Shown here: one piece after another, positions 13,120-25,943 of the stretch
Layout of the letters: each line of letters opens with the position of its first letter
Numbering within the stretch: position 1 is the first letter of the stretch
Assembly (NCBI RefSeq): GCF_006345805.1
Contig: NC_043006.1
Location: 48,732,001-48,796,000, forward strand
Direction of reading: 5' to 3'
Length of the DNA: 64,000 bases
Source of the DNA: Octopus sinensis
Lineage: Eukaryota
The notes under the pieces: generated by a model
Told to the model about the DNA's origin: nothing
What the model saw: the letters and a program-made list of their open reading frames with translations, nothing else
The model's database searches: none
Made by a program: the position numbers and the translations under genes

Positions 13120-13502
13120 GGCGGCAAGCTGGTAGAATTGTTAGTACGCTGGGCAAAATGCTTTTCTGTATTTCATCTCTCCTTACATTCTGAGTTCAAA
13201 TTCCAGCAAGGTTTACTTTGCCTGTCAATCTTTTAGGGTCAATGAAAATGCATACCAGTTACATACTAGGGTTGATATAATTGACTAGCCACTCCCCAAA
13301 AATTTCAGGCCTTGTGCCTATAGTAGAAAGTATAATTAAACTGATGAATAGATCTAAATTAACATGAGTTTTTGAAGAAAGATTTTTCGCCCTTCAGCAT
13401 TCAGATTATTGTCACATGTAATGCTTATTTATTCACATTGTTTTGAATTAATCATGCATCATCTCATAGGTTTGAGATTTTGTTGATGCATTTACTCTTT
13501 TA

Positions 13503-13893
13503 GTTGTTTCAGTCATTTGACTGCAGCCATACTGGAGCACCGCCTCTAGTCGAGCAAATCGACCCCAGGACTTATTCTTTGGAAGCCTAGTACTTATTCT
13601 ATCGGTCTCTTTTGCCGAGCCGCTAAGTTACAGGGACATGAACACACCAGCATTGGTTGTCAAACGATGTTAGGGGGACAAACAAACACACACACACACA
13701 CACACATAGATATATATACATACATTTATACGATGGGCTTCTTTCAGTTTCCATCTACCAAATCCACTCACAAGGCTTTGGTCGGCCTGAGGCTATTGTA
13801 GAAGACACTCGCCCAAGGTGCCACGCAGTGGGACTGAACCCGAAACCATGTGGTTGGTAAGCAAGCTACTTACCACATAGCCACTCCTACACC
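13503..13893 (-). mobile_element. CORE-like SINE (family B) nested in a MITE
   Basis: Full-length reverse copy; MITE sequence runs 13388-13500 and resumes 13897-14008. Confidence 0.8.
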
Positions 13894-14314
13894 TATAATT
13901 TGTTAATTTTTAGATTGACATTGCAGGGTAGGTTTAAAATACCAGATCTGGATGGTTTGAACATAAAATTGGTAGAATATTACCAGCTTCAACGGTAATT
14001 GGGTTAATACTACAAAACCTGGAACTCTACCAAATCTGCCATTATAATAGTTTCAGAAGCATACTTGCCAGACGGGTGATTTGATCTGAGACCATACGTT
14101 GAAATTATAACAGTTACAACATGAAATATACAGATTAGCCATTCGAAAACACGCAAAGACTGTTAACAACAAATAATAAATGTTTAAATGAAAATAACAA
14201 GTTTTGTGTGTTTTTTTAATCATTAATATGTCTTCCATACTGTAATTGCATTATAATGATGCTATGTTCTATAAAAATTGTTGTCAATACTTTTTTTTTT
14301 TTTTTTTTGTTATA

Positions 14315-14724
14315 AGACAGTAAGCTGTCAGAATCGTTACAGCGTTGAGAAAAATGCTTAGTGGCATTTTTTCCTAATTGATATTCTGAGTTCAAATTCT
14401 GCCATGGTTGATTTTGTCTCTCATCCTTTTGAACACTGGGGTTGATGTTGTTGACTTTCCATCACCGCTCAACTTGCTGGCCTTGTGCCATAATCTGAAA
14501 CCAATATAAAATTATTACTAATAAGACTGTGATCTGGCAGAATCGTTAGCATGCCAGGCAAAATACTCAGTGGTATTTTGTCCATCTTTACATTCTGAGT
14601 TCAAATTTCACCAAGATCAACTTTGCCCTTCATCTTTTCAGGGTTGATAAATTAAGTGCCAGTGTAACACTGGGGTCGATGTAATCAACTAGTCCCCTCA
14701 GGCCTTGTGCTTTTAATAGAAAGA

Positions 14725-14777
<53 letters not shown>

Positions 14778-14990
14778 GGCAGTGAGCTGGCAGAATTGTT
14801 AGCACACCGGGTAAAATGCTTAGCGGTATTTCACTCATCTTTACATTCTGAGTTCAAATCCTGCCGAAGCTGACTTTGCCTTTTAGCCTTTCAGGATCGA
14901 TAAATTAAGTACCAGTTGAGTACTGGGGTCGATGCAATCAACTAGTCCCCTTCCCCCAAATTTCAGGCCTTGTGCCTATAGTGGAAAGGT
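14315..14990 (+). mobile_element. Three tandem tRNA-derived SINEs (family C, AAGGCGGCGAGCTGGCAGAA head) ending about 40 nt before the FN2 exon
   Basis: Copies at about 14315, 14530 and 14776, the last preceded by (ATT)n; shared GCCTTTCATCCTTTCGGGGTCGATAAATTAAGTACCAG-type domain. Confidence 0.75.
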
Positions 14991-15030
14991 TTATTGTTAT
15001 TTTTATTTTTACTTATTTCTCTTTGTTTAG

Positions 15031-15368
15031 TGCGTGTGCCAAGTCCTCCACGAAATGCCATTGCTGAAGCAGTGTCCCCTACATCAATAAGGGTGAAATA
15101 CGAACCACCAGAAGAGCCTAACGGAAAGATTAGATCCTATAAAATCATCTACTATGAAGTCGGAGCCAACAAAGAAGCCGCAATAGAAGTACGAGGCCTG
15201 GAGTATGTGTTGACGAACTTGAAACAGTTTCGTGATTACAGCTTCAGAGTAGAAGCTCACAATGAGAATGGTGCGGGAATGAGTACAGAGGAATTTGTTG
15301 CCAAAACCAAAGCAGATATTCCTTCTGATTCTCCAACAAACTTCACTCTGGAAGCAACAAGCTCAACG
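15031..15368 (+). CDS. NEO1: Neogenin/DCC exon: FN3 repeat 2 and start of repeat 3 (VRVPSPPRN...PSDSPTNFTLEATSST)
   Basis: Acceptor ctttgtttag, donor ACG|gtaaac; FN3 motifs; phase 1 in, phase 0 out. Confidence 0.95.
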
Positions 15369-15725
15369 GTAAACTAGATAATCTCATCATCATAATCAGC
15401 ATCATCATCATCTTCAGAATGATACATACAATCACAAACATCACCACCACTACCACCATCAATATTATCTTTTTTGATTGCTAACAAACACCACATCACC
15501 TCTGTTCATTGTGTAATGTTTTTTTTTTATAGGTCCTACGTCTTTCTGTCGTTTTCTATCACCACAATCACTTCACAGTCTAAACAGGGCATGCTTTATC
15601 ATGCCACTGGTTTACTGGCATTAGAGAAGCTCTGTATAAAACAACTTCAAACCTTCCTACTTTGTGTCAATGTTTTAGGGGCTTTTCTCTTTTCTTTTTA
15701 ATTAATTCAGAGTACACCTCTCTCA

Positions 15726-15995
15726 GTGGAGGCACATGGCCTATTGGTTAGAGCAGCGGACTCATGGTCAAGGGATCACAAGTTCGAATCTCAGACTAGG
15801 CAATGCGTGTGTTTATAAGCAAAACACCTAAGCTCCATTGAAGATAATGGTGAACCTCTTCTGGCTCTTTTGTCACAACTTTATCTTACTCTTCCTCCTG
15901 CATCTAACAGCTCACCTGCCACAGACTGGTGTCCTATCCAGATGGGAAACCAGCCTTTATGAGCCAGACATGGCTCAAGAAGGAACAAACAACAA
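15726..15995 (+). mobile_element. tRNA-derived SINE (family A)
   Basis: A-box/B-box head (GTGGAGGCACATGGCC...AGTTCGAATC), body similar to 368-664, (CAA)n tail. Confidence 0.8.
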
Positions 15996-16956
15996 CAGCA
16001 ACACTCTTCGCTTAGACATATAATCTTTACTACATCTTGTAGAGTTCATGTCTCCCCCATTCGTTTTTTGTTTTCCTTTTTAAACATGGATTTTACAACT
16101 GGCTGCTTTCCTGTCCCTTATGCTTTACAGTATGGACTGAATACATTTTTCTTATGCCACCAGCACAAAAGGATTTTGTCTGTAATAGGACCAAAGGGTC
16201 CATCTACCTTATATGAGTTTTTATTTAGGGTTTATATTTCTTTTTATTTAGTCGTTAATTTAATCTTACATATTTAAGTATCTCTTGTTTTTCTACTACC
16301 AGAAGCTTAGATTCTGTTGATAGCAGTAAGGTCTTATGCCATACGACTGTGTGGTTGACACATTCACTTCACAGCTAAAAGGTTTTGAGCTCAATCCCAC
16401 ACTGTGACACCTACCCACAGTATTGGGTCAATGATGAAAGCCTTTAATGAAAATGGAATTTGGTTGATGGAAATTGTGTGGAAGTCTGCTTATTTTTGGG
16501 TGTGAGGCTTAATCCATTCCTCAGTTTGACACCAACATTGGGTCCATGGGAGACCTTAGACGTTTTCACTCTGTTACAAAGCACTGGGGAGGAACCAGGT
16601 CTCTAGTCTGTGAAGAACTTCCTTCATGAACAGAATCTTGGTCCCTACTTGACTGAGTCATTAATGAAACTGGACAAAGATTATCCAAATCTTCTTTGTC
16701 TGAACACTCAGAGTGACTCTCCATCTTCAGACTGATCTCTATTTTATGACTTTCACAAATAGCAATGAATGATTATTCTAGGTTGTACTGATCTTCTTTA
16801 CTATGAGACTCTATACTTGTTGTCCATTATGTAGCATTCCATAACACTTTGACACTTTTGTTGAAGTGAAACTTTCTTACACCTGTTCTTCTGGCTGAGT
16901 TGCTGGAACTATAGTGCAACCATCATGTCTTAGGCACCACAACTGCTTAAATGACA

Positions 16957-17411
16957 CATAGATGGATCAGCTGAAAAGTTCATAGGCTGACCAAGATACT
17001 CTCGTGGAATGTGACCCAATGAGGTGTATTTTTCAGTATAGTCTCCTTTGTAGTTCACACACTTCTTCCATCAGTCTTGCAGTCCTTTGATTTCTTCGGT
17101 GAAGAAGCTTTCATTCTGTTGGTTAAAGAAGTCATCAACAGCAGATATGACATCATCATCACTGTGACACTGGTTCCCAGCGAAGTGTTTTTTCACATTC
17201 ATGAACAGATGATAGTCAGATGGAGTCAAATCAAGAGAATTAGGAGGGCGGTCAACCAGTTCAAAGCCACAGTCTTGCATAGCTTTCCTGAGCATTTGGT
17301 CTTGATAGCCTTTCATAACTGCCTCAGCAAGTTGGCATAGTACTCTCCATTGATGGTGTGACTCTTTTAAAGATAGTCAATAAACCCAATTCATTTTGCA
17401 TCCCAAAAAAA
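16957..17411 (-). mobile_element. Mariner (Tc1/mariner) relic: transposase C-terminal part and 3' end
   Basis: Minus strand: VFWD..I..IDYL...TING.YYANLL, PPNSLDLTPSDYHLF (YSPDL-type motif), WKKCVNYKGDYTEK, then CTGAAAAGTTC-type terminal sequence; stops present and the HDNA region is missing. Confidence 0.88.
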
Positions 17412-17550
17412 CTGAGCCCATCACCTTTTATTATCCTTTCTCATTTTAAATAAGGGTTTGACACACTTCAAAGCTTTCTTTAACAAGGTCTTAAAAAGAA
17501 TTTCTAGAAATCTTGTTTTTTGAACAACATTTCAATTGTTTTCTTAACAG

Positions 17551-17695
17551 AGCATCATAGTCCGTTGGGAACCCCCACCAAAAGATCACCAGAATGGTCC
17601 AATAGTTGGTTACAAGATACGCTTTAAAAAGAAAGGCAGCCGCCGCGGTAAAACTGTCACCACAGCAAGTAATGTGAAGTTCCAACCACTGACTG
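17551..17695 (+). CDS. NEO1: Neogenin/DCC exon: middle of FN3 repeat 3 (SIIVRWEPPPKDHQNGPIVGYKIRFKKKG...)
   Basis: Acceptor ttcttaacag, donor G|gtaag; SI.V.W.PP....QNG.I.GYKIR motif; phase 0 in, phase 1 out. Confidence 0.95.
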
Positions 17696-19150
17696 GTAAG
17701 TAATGAAAATAAATTTCATCCATCAGAACAATTTTGATAATCAATGCTGACTTGTAAGGATATTTTGTATATAGACACGGACTCTGGGGTGATTAAGAAG
17801 TTTATTTTGCTGAAATGTGACTCTGAGATCAAGTTCACAGCACAGAAGATTGGGCAAGTGTCTCCTGCCTTAACCTCAAGTCAAGCCAAAGACTTGCGGG
17901 GGGAAAATTTGATATAGATGTGTGAAGGCAAATGGCCTAGTGGTTAGAGTATTGCACTTGCGATTGCAAGATCATGGGTGCAGTTCCTGGACTCGGCAGT
18001 ATGTTGTGTTCTTGAGCAAAACACTTCATTTCATGTTGTTCCTGCCCGCTCAGCTGTAAATGAGTAACACTGCGATGGCTTAGCCTTCTGATCAGAGGGA
18101 ATGTTAATCTGCTCACCAAGCCATTGGGGTAGCATCATTTGAAAGCTAAGATAAATTTAAAGTGCATTGTGATCAGCGATGTATAACATCTGATAGTCTG
18201 GTCAATACTGTGATCATCATCATCATCATTTAGCATTCGTTGTCCATGCTGGTATGGTTTCTATGGCTGGATGCCCTTCCTAACACCAACCACTCCAAGA
18301 GTGTAAGGGAAGCTTTTACGTGCCATTTGTGTGACATTGGTATCTTCCACGACTGCAATTTTATTTGGCTTGATGGGTCTTCTCAAGCACAGCATAATGC
18401 CAAAGGTCTCAGTCATTGCCTCCGAGAGGCCCAACACTTGAAAGGTGCTCTTTACATGCCACCAGCACGGGTACCAGTTACATGACACCAGTATCAGCCA
18501 TGACTATGATTTCATATATATATATATCAGGTACGTGGCGTCAGTAGTTACGGGTAAGCAGATGGTGACCTCTATGTAGTAAAACACATGAAAAATAAGT
18601 GAAAAACAGGCGCGTGACTGAGTTGGGGGCAGATTTACTTCTGCCATTATAGCACGTAAAGAAAACAGTGTTGTTGGAGTGTACACAACACTTGTACTAC
18701 AGCAATACTATGCATAGCTTAAATACTGAGATTGGAAAGTAGGGGCAAATTATGCTTACCTAATCTATAAAAAAATAAAATATTTTGCATTTTATGCATA
18801 GTAATCAGAGTAACCTTCATAATTTTATTGAATTAGGTGGCATATTTTGCCATAAAAGGAAAATATTGCTATCGATCTATTTTGTTCAAGTTAGGCACTG
18901 CCTACCTAGGTGACATGTCCCTGAAAACCCATTGAAAACGAACCTCCACCATCTATTCTGCGTATATATCTATGCACATATTTCAATGCACTGTATTCCA
19001 GACAGTTTGCAAATCTAACTGAGGCCTTAAAAGACATTTTAAGATCCACAAAGATCAGAAGGTATCTGCAGCTCTTGGTGGTCCAAATCGGATATGCAAT
19101 CTATGTGGGTATCTTTTCAGAAAATCGTTTGGTTTAAAAAGCCATATCAG

Positions 19151-19192
<42 letters not shown>

Positions 19193-19276
19193 AACATATA
19201 TATATATATATATATTCAGCATAGTTGTTGGCGAACTGGTCATCTTCTGGTTCTACCTTACCTGTTTATATGTTTG

Positions 19277-19352
19277 AAATTTACCTGATGATGGTGGGGT
19301 TTTGTCATGATGTAATCTAAGAATGTATCGCCGAAACAGCTGTTCTGAATTT
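19277..19352 (+). ncRNA. Minimal type I hammerhead ribozyme motif with long loop II
   Basis: AAATTTA-c-CTGATGA-t-GGTGG...TCGCC-GAAA-CAGCTG-TT-c-TGAATTT: helix I 7 bp, helix II 5 bp, palindromic helix III loop. Confidence 0.55.
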
Positions 19353-21133
19353 TGAACCCCTCTTGTGTTCTTATATATGTATGTTTGTGTCTCCTTGTCT
19401 TGGCATTGTGTGATAGTTGTAAATGAGTGCCACTATCATACAAGCAGTGTCATTCGTTTCCAATATTCTGCAGGAACGTGTTTAGCCATGGGGAAATATT
19501 AACTTGCCTGGCCGAACCATAGCAAAATCTGTCACAAATAAACTCTGTCCAAACCATGCACGCGCAAAAAAATAAATGCTAAATAATGGTGACTGTAACT
19601 AAACAACAATAATGATATTAAGTTCGTACCAATCATAGTTTTTAGTGAAAGGTGAAAAAATCTAATTAATTAATAATATTTATACATTTAGGAGAAGAAA
19701 ACATTAGCCTAATGACTAATATTATTTGTGTTTTGATTATTTTTGAATAATTTATACTTTTACACTGATTGTAGATTGTTTAAATATTACCAAATTTGCA
19801 ATATTTTTTCTTCTTTTTTCTCTCCATTTCCCAATGTGATGTTTGATTATTTTCTGGATAATTTACATTTTTATATGCATCATGAGTTTGTTTTTTTTTA
19901 TCTCTTTAATATATTTAGTCCGTTCCTTCCCTCTTCCCATCCAAGTATAATAGATAGAATGGTGAGTTTGCTGAAAACTGTTGCTTTTACAATTGCACGT
20001 ACTTCCCATTGTTCCTGTTGTTAACCACTCAACTGTGAATCAAACAAATTGGAGACAGTTTTGTTTTGGAGTTTCTTTTTTTTTTTTCTTTTTTTTTCCC
20101 CCTGTTTATACACCTAGTCTGGAAAACTGGAACAAACAGAATTTTGATGCCTTCTTCAACAACATGGCACAACCACACCAACTCAGCTGCAAATGAGTTT
20201 TGGCACCAGGTGGGAGTTAAACCTGTGATGGGCAGATATTCCATTTAAGGATCTGTCTTCTACACTGTCTCTTAAATATTTCATAAAATGCGATATGCCC
20301 CAGCCCTAATGAGCTTGAAGACTCAAAACAGGCTTTAACTTTATGTCTTTCCTAGAAGTGTTACTTTGCTAAGTAGTTGAAACTGTAAAGCAAAGCTCTT
20401 CTCTAAAGCACAGGTATAAGCAAGATTTTTTAAGGCTGACCAGCAATTACTCGTACATTCAAATTTTCCCTCTCCATGCCCTGGAGGTTTTCCGAGGAAA
20501 TGGCAAGGGCAAGCACGTCCAATCATCACTGATATTACAGGTATTACTGTCAGAATCTAAGAAACTAGTCAGTATGTGTACTACAAGGCATGTCATTTGA
20601 TAATCTGACAGTTTTACCAGTCCATTGCCCTGGATTGATCGTTTATTTGACTCTCAACAGATGAAAGGAAAAGTTGACTTTGATGGGGTTTGAACTCTGC
20701 GGCACTTAATAACTCTGCCAATTTATTAACTCATGCCCTTGACTATTTGTTTTTGACTCGAGTCTGAAATTATATTCTAGTGACTGATCAATATCTGAAT
20801 CTGAGTCCATATGTAGTCGCTTGACATTTTTGAAATAGCAGGCTAATATCCCTTAAATTCAACCCTACTCTCTTAATAGAAAGAAAATGCATACATTGGA
20901 TAATGGTGCTCCAGATACTCAATTATTAATAGTTGAGATGGTCACAGTTGGAATGCTTTTGAACATAGGTTTATTCAGTTAGTCCTGACCAAGGGCTAAA
21001 TAACAACAATAACATACCAATTCTTCTCCATAAATTGGCATTATGCCGAAACAAGAAAAATTATGCTATGTTTTCCATGTTTGTTTATATTGATACAATA
21101 ATTTATGTTTTTTTTTTTCCTTCTTCCATTTAG

Positions 21134-21244
21134 ATCTAGAAAAAGGCGCCGAATATTCAGTTCGTATAGCTGCACTCTCAACCCTTGGCATTGGTCCATT
21201 CACAGACTGGCTTTTCACAAAAACGTATGATGATGATCTTGATG
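21134..21244 (+). CDS. NEO1: Neogenin/DCC exon: end of FN3 repeat 3 (DLEKGAEYSVRIAALSTLGIGPFTDWLFTKTYDDDLD)
   Basis: Acceptor ttccatttag, donor G|gtaag; LEKG..Y and G.GP..DW...T...DLDE family motifs; phase 1-1. Confidence 0.94.
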
Positions 21245-21898
21245 GTAAGAATTGTTATTTTTTTCTCTTGATTTTTTCTTGTCTGTATTTTTTGACGGAG
21301 GTTTCTCCCCCCCCCTCTCTCTCTCTCTTTCATATTGTTCTTTCAGTATTAAATACAGCCAAACTTAATAAATGGAAATACAGATGTTAAACTAATGCTG
21401 ATGGTGCCAATAATCAGTATCATTAGCATCATTTCGGAACGTAGTAATTGGATTTGATTACCAGAGAAATAAAAAAAAAAATAATAAAAAACCCTACTCT
21501 AGATTTGTAACTTGTCCAAAGAAATTTGTATTTTTGTCTATTGAAAGTTGGTAGTATTGCTTATTATTGCTATATTTCTCTAAAAAGAAATGTTTAGCTA
21601 TGTTATTAATGTGTAACCTTTATCTTTTAAAAAAACTGTGTTTGTAACATTTTGGTTTGAGGAAGTGAAAATTATTATTGCATTTAATATATAAAAGAAT
21701 CTTCTAGATTATCATTATGGTGGAGTGAAGTAAATAGTGGATCTGTGTTAGTCTCAGCACTAAAGGTTCAGTTGATTGATCTACTGATTTACTTGCTGAT
21801 TGAATTAGTGGAGACGTAGCCAAGTATACCCTTAGCATAATTCTACACTGTTCTTCACCCCACTATTTCCCATGTTGTTTATTGTAGAGGGCTCTGTA

Positions 21899-22034
21899 TA
21901 GTGTTTCTCAGCTTTTTTACCCTTACATAACCCTTAAAATAAATTACATGTCTCAAGGAACCCCTGCACAAAATAAATTATATACCATATCTTTCTCGTA
22001 TTTTTTTCATCATAGTTCAATGGTAAATACACAC

Positions 22035-22066
<32 letters not shown>

Positions 22067-22251
22067 GGTTGTTATATTTTTTTGATAACATAATAGGTTA
22101 GATAGGATGATGTCTATATTACAAATATTACAATAACCAATAATATGTTGTGCATGTATAGTAATATTACAATCATGAAATTAGCATTGGTTTATCTCAC
22201 TCTTTCTAACAGAACCCTAGGGTTCCAGGGAACCTCGGTTGAGAAACGCTG
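21899..22251. mobile_element. hAT-like MITE
   Basis: Termini TAGTGTTTCTCAG / TTGAGAAACGCTG; no clean 8-bp TSD. Confidence 0.55.
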
Positions 22252-23959
22252 GTATGGAGAGTATCTCTGGTGTCTGACAGTTGCACCTTGCCAGGAATGG
22301 TCAGGTAGACAGGCATGAACTGGTCCCCATCCAACTCCTAATCTATCACTTGATGGCTTCTAGTACCCCACTCTTTTAGTACCCCAGTTAATGAGTTAAA
22401 CCAAGTGTGGGGATGGTGTTAATACTGCATCAGTAGGTGGTAGACTCTGGGTAATGCCTCCCAAAGAGTCATCAGCTAGGGTGGAGGAATCAGCTCTGGT
22501 CAATGGTCTTATGTTTGGGGGTAGGGCATGTTTGAGGTTGAGGCATACAATTGTGGCTAACATCTTGGAAAGGAGTGGGCACCACCAATCTAACTTGACC
22601 ATGGCACATTCATGATGATAACAAATAGATCAGAACCCATATTGAATTGGTTGTCACTTGGGTTAGCATCAAAGAGTGGGCAGATCTCAATTTTGTTAAC
22701 TCGCAAAGGGCAGCAAAAGACTGAGAGATGTGACAAAATTTAGCTGTGATGTCATCAACGAATGCCCCAACGACTGCACAATCAAGGGGCAGGAAGGAAG
22801 GACTTACTACCTCCCCTTCTCTGGCCCACTCTTATTTCTTTCACCTTCTCCCAAATTGGTTTTCACCATTGATCATGCCCCTTCCCTGCTTGCAGTTCAT
22901 TGCATTATCTATAACCCTATATTCCCGAGCTCTAATCATTTATTGCTTGTTTCACACACTTGCAAACTTACATGATCCTCTGCTCTTCACTTTACTTACT
23001 CCTCTGTCCCCAGCCCCACCCTCGTATTTGACAGTACATCCTGACACCTCATGACCACCACCTTCTTCTCTCCTTTTCCAGCTGAGGTAGTCATGCATCT
23101 CCTCTACTGCAAAACATGTTCTTGTCTCTCTGTCATATGCTTACTTCTTAACACCTGACATAAATCACCTCCCTCAATTCTGTACCACCAGCCCCACCAT
23201 CAATCACCCTGCTCAATCAAGGGCTCTTGGTTTGCAAGCTACTTGACAACCTTGCTAGTGCCAGTAACACAAAAAAAGAAATCCATTCAGTGCACTCTAT
23301 AAAGCGGTTGATATTAGGAAGGTCATCCAGCTGTGGAAACCATGCAAAAACACAACATTAGAGTTTGACACAGTTCTCTGACCTGTCAAATAATGTCAAA
23401 TTGTCCAACTTTTTGCCAGCATGGAATACAGATGCTAAACGATGATGGTGGTGATGAATCTGTATAACACGGGACATGACAAGGCCATACCTTTGAATTA
23501 CAGGTTCAGCTTATCCTATGAGCTTCTGCACAGTGTCACTCTTGAGGCTTGAGTTGAACTATTTGTCCAAGGTACCACACTGTCGTGTGACCTCATGATT
23601 GTGAGGCAAACTTCGTAACGCTGTGTCCACTGAGTTACGAACTTCCAGTATTTAACTTCATTCCTCTGCATTTTGAATCCTAGCTGCTAGGCTGACTTAG
23701 TCTTTCATTCTTTAACGTTCAATAAAACCAGCATCATCATCATCATCATTTAATGTCCATTTTCCTCACTGGTATGGGTTGGATGGCTTGACAGAAGTGG
23801 CAAGACCAGGAGTCACACCAGATTCCATAGTATGTTTTGGCTCGGTTTCTACAGCTGGGTGCCCTTCCTAATGCCAACCATTTCACACACTGTACTGGGT
23901 GCTTTTTACATGGCACCAATATCAATGCTTTTGATGTGACTCTTTGGTTTTAGGATATC

Positions 23960-24120
23960 AATTTTGTTGTGGCGGGCAGACCTTGAGTACAGCAATGCGA
24001 TGCATATCTCGGTCCTCTGTCATTTCCTTTGCAAGGTTCAGCATTTTGAAATCGGGCTTCAGTACTTCATCCCATGTCTTCCAGGGTCTCCATTTTCCAC
24101 AACTTCTCTCCATTTTAAGT
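23960..24120 (-). mobile_element. RTE-clade LINE 3' fragment
   Basis: ORF track 23958..24191 reads RPWKTWDEVLKPDFKMLNLAKEMTEDRDMHRIAV, a typical RTE ORF C-terminus. Confidence 0.75.
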
Positions 24121-24243
24121 GATTGACACAAAATAAGTACCAGTAATCTACTGGAACTATAAATATATCTTATCTTCATATTTTTTTTCATTGAAAATTA
24201 CCTTTCATCCTTTTTCTTTTTTTTTTCCCCCGTCTTTTCACAG

Positions 24244-24441
24244 AATCTCATGTTCCTGGAAAACCTTCTAAAGTTCGAACCGCTACTGAAGCCAACTCAA
24301 TCTCGGTGCGATGGGCTCCACCCGTTGACAGCAGCAAGACATTAGTAAGGGGTTACACTGTTACCTACGGCAAGGGTATACCAGATGTTATGCGAGTCAA
24401 ACTTGGTCCTCAACAACGTGTTTATAAAATCAAAAATCTTC
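24244..24441 (+). CDS. NEO1: Neogenin/DCC exon: N-terminal part of FN3 repeat 4 (ESHVPGKPS...GYTVTYGKGIPD...IKNL)
   Basis: Acceptor cttttcacag, donor C|gtaag; VRGY...YG.G.P motif; phase 1-1. Confidence 0.95.
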
Positions 24442-24667
24442 GTAAGTTTGCCATTTCTCCTCTGCTAACTCTTACATACTTAAGTTTGTGCTAATAGACT
24501 AAGATATTTTTCAATTGTTTTATTATTAGAAAAATTATTCTGTCTAATGATCTAATACTCATTTGCCTCTCTAACCTACAACACTTGATCTCTCACCCTT
24601 AATATGGTTGCATTAGATGCAGGACAAGTCTTTGATACATTTAAAAATACAAAATAAAAAAAAGAGG

Positions 24668-25008
24668 AGTAACTGTGTGGTAAGAAGCTTGCCTCCCAAC
24701 CACATGGTTCTAAGTTCAGTTGCACTGCATGGCTCTTTAAGCAAGTGTCTTTTACCATAGCCTTGGGCCAACCAAAGCCTTGTGAGTGGATTTGGTAGAT
24801 GGAAACTGAAAGAAGCCTGTTGTATGTGTGTCTATGTTTGTCCCACACCACCACTTGATGACTTGTGTTGATGTGTTTACATCTCCATAACTTAAGAGTT
24901 TGGCAAAAGAGACCAATCAAATAAGTACCAAGTTTAAAATGTAATAAGTCCTGGAGTTGATTCGTTTGACTAAAATTCTTCAAAGTAATACCCCAGCATG
25001 GCCGCAGA
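24668..25008 (+). mobile_element. CORE-like SINE (family B)
   Basis: Family B head, core and tail. Confidence 0.75.
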
Positions 25009-25384
25009 CTATTTCGTCATGTTGCTCCATTTTCCATTTTGAACCCTGCACATCATGTCCTCTTCTCTGAGGATCCACCTGCAGCCACAGCTTACATTCA
25101 TTGACCACAAGCCACCTGCTCATGGTGGATGAATGAGTGTTTCACAAAGATAAAGGACTGAGTGGGACACATCTTGGAGCATTACACAGAACAGCCCAAG
25201 CAAAGTCCGAAAAATGGTAAATGCAGCGACACTGTGGTAGCACATGCCCCCATACACTGGGAAGTACAGTATTTTGGTGTGTTACTTTTACATTATGAAT
25301 TCAACTCTTACTGAGGTGAATCTGGATTTTTCTGTCATCTCAGAGTCAATAAAATAAAGTACTAACCAAATTTTCTATTTATTT

Positions 25385-25670
25385 ATGCGCCCTTTTCAAG
25401 CCAAGCCAGGCTCATGAGCCCAGTTTCCCGGTTTCTGTGGCATATGTGTTCCCCCCAGCAGGACGGGACACCAGTGCATTGTAGCGTTACTCAAGTAGCA
25501 GGAAGAGAGAGTGAGAGAAAGTTGTGGCGAAACAGGGGCCACTACCATCCCCTCGTGGAGCTTTTAGGTGTTTTCGCTCAATAAACACACAACGCCCGGT
25601 CTGCGAATCGAAACCGCAATACTCCGACCGCGAGTCCGCTGCCCTAACCACTGGGCCATTGTGCCTCCAA
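25385..25670 (-). mobile_element. tRNA-derived SINE (family A)
   Basis: Reverse complement similar to the copies at 368 and 15726. Confidence 0.75.
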
Positions 25671-25749
25671 CTAACCAAATACTAATCAGTAAACAAGACT
25701 TTATATTTTTACTAACAATCTCTTTTTCTTTTTATCATTTTTGTTATAG

Positions 25750-25845
25750 AACCAGCATCTTCTTATGTTATTAAAGTCATGGCCACCAACAAGATGGGTG
25801 ATGGGCCACCAATATATGCCCATGTAAAAACAGAAAAAGAGTCAG
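25750..25845 (+). CDS. NEO1: Neogenin/DCC exon: C-terminal part of FN3 repeat 4 (QPASSYVIKVMATNKMGDGPPIYAHVKTEKES)
   Basis: Acceptor ttgttatag, donor G|gtaag; P.S.YVI...A.N..G.G.PIY motif; phase 1-1. Confidence 0.94.
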
Positions 25846-25943
25846 GTAAGTCATTTATTGTAATAATCCTTCCCCACTCCCACGTCACATTGTCTTATGC
25901 TGTAGCCAACTTCTTTGATCACCACCATCATCATTGTCATCAT

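Noticed and set aside
15726-15800. tRNA-like sequences (also near 590-664, 25600-25668, 51894-51965)
   Set aside because: SINE heads continuing into SINE bodies; no complete acceptor stem.
19919-20248. Strong donor ATG|GTGAGT at 19962 and a strong pyrimidine tract/acceptor at 20117 with an open phase-1 frame
   Set aside because: No acceptor/donor combination I tried keeps the frame with exons 17695 and 21134, and the peptides lack FN3 features. Could only be cryptic or terminal exons; unsupported without reads.
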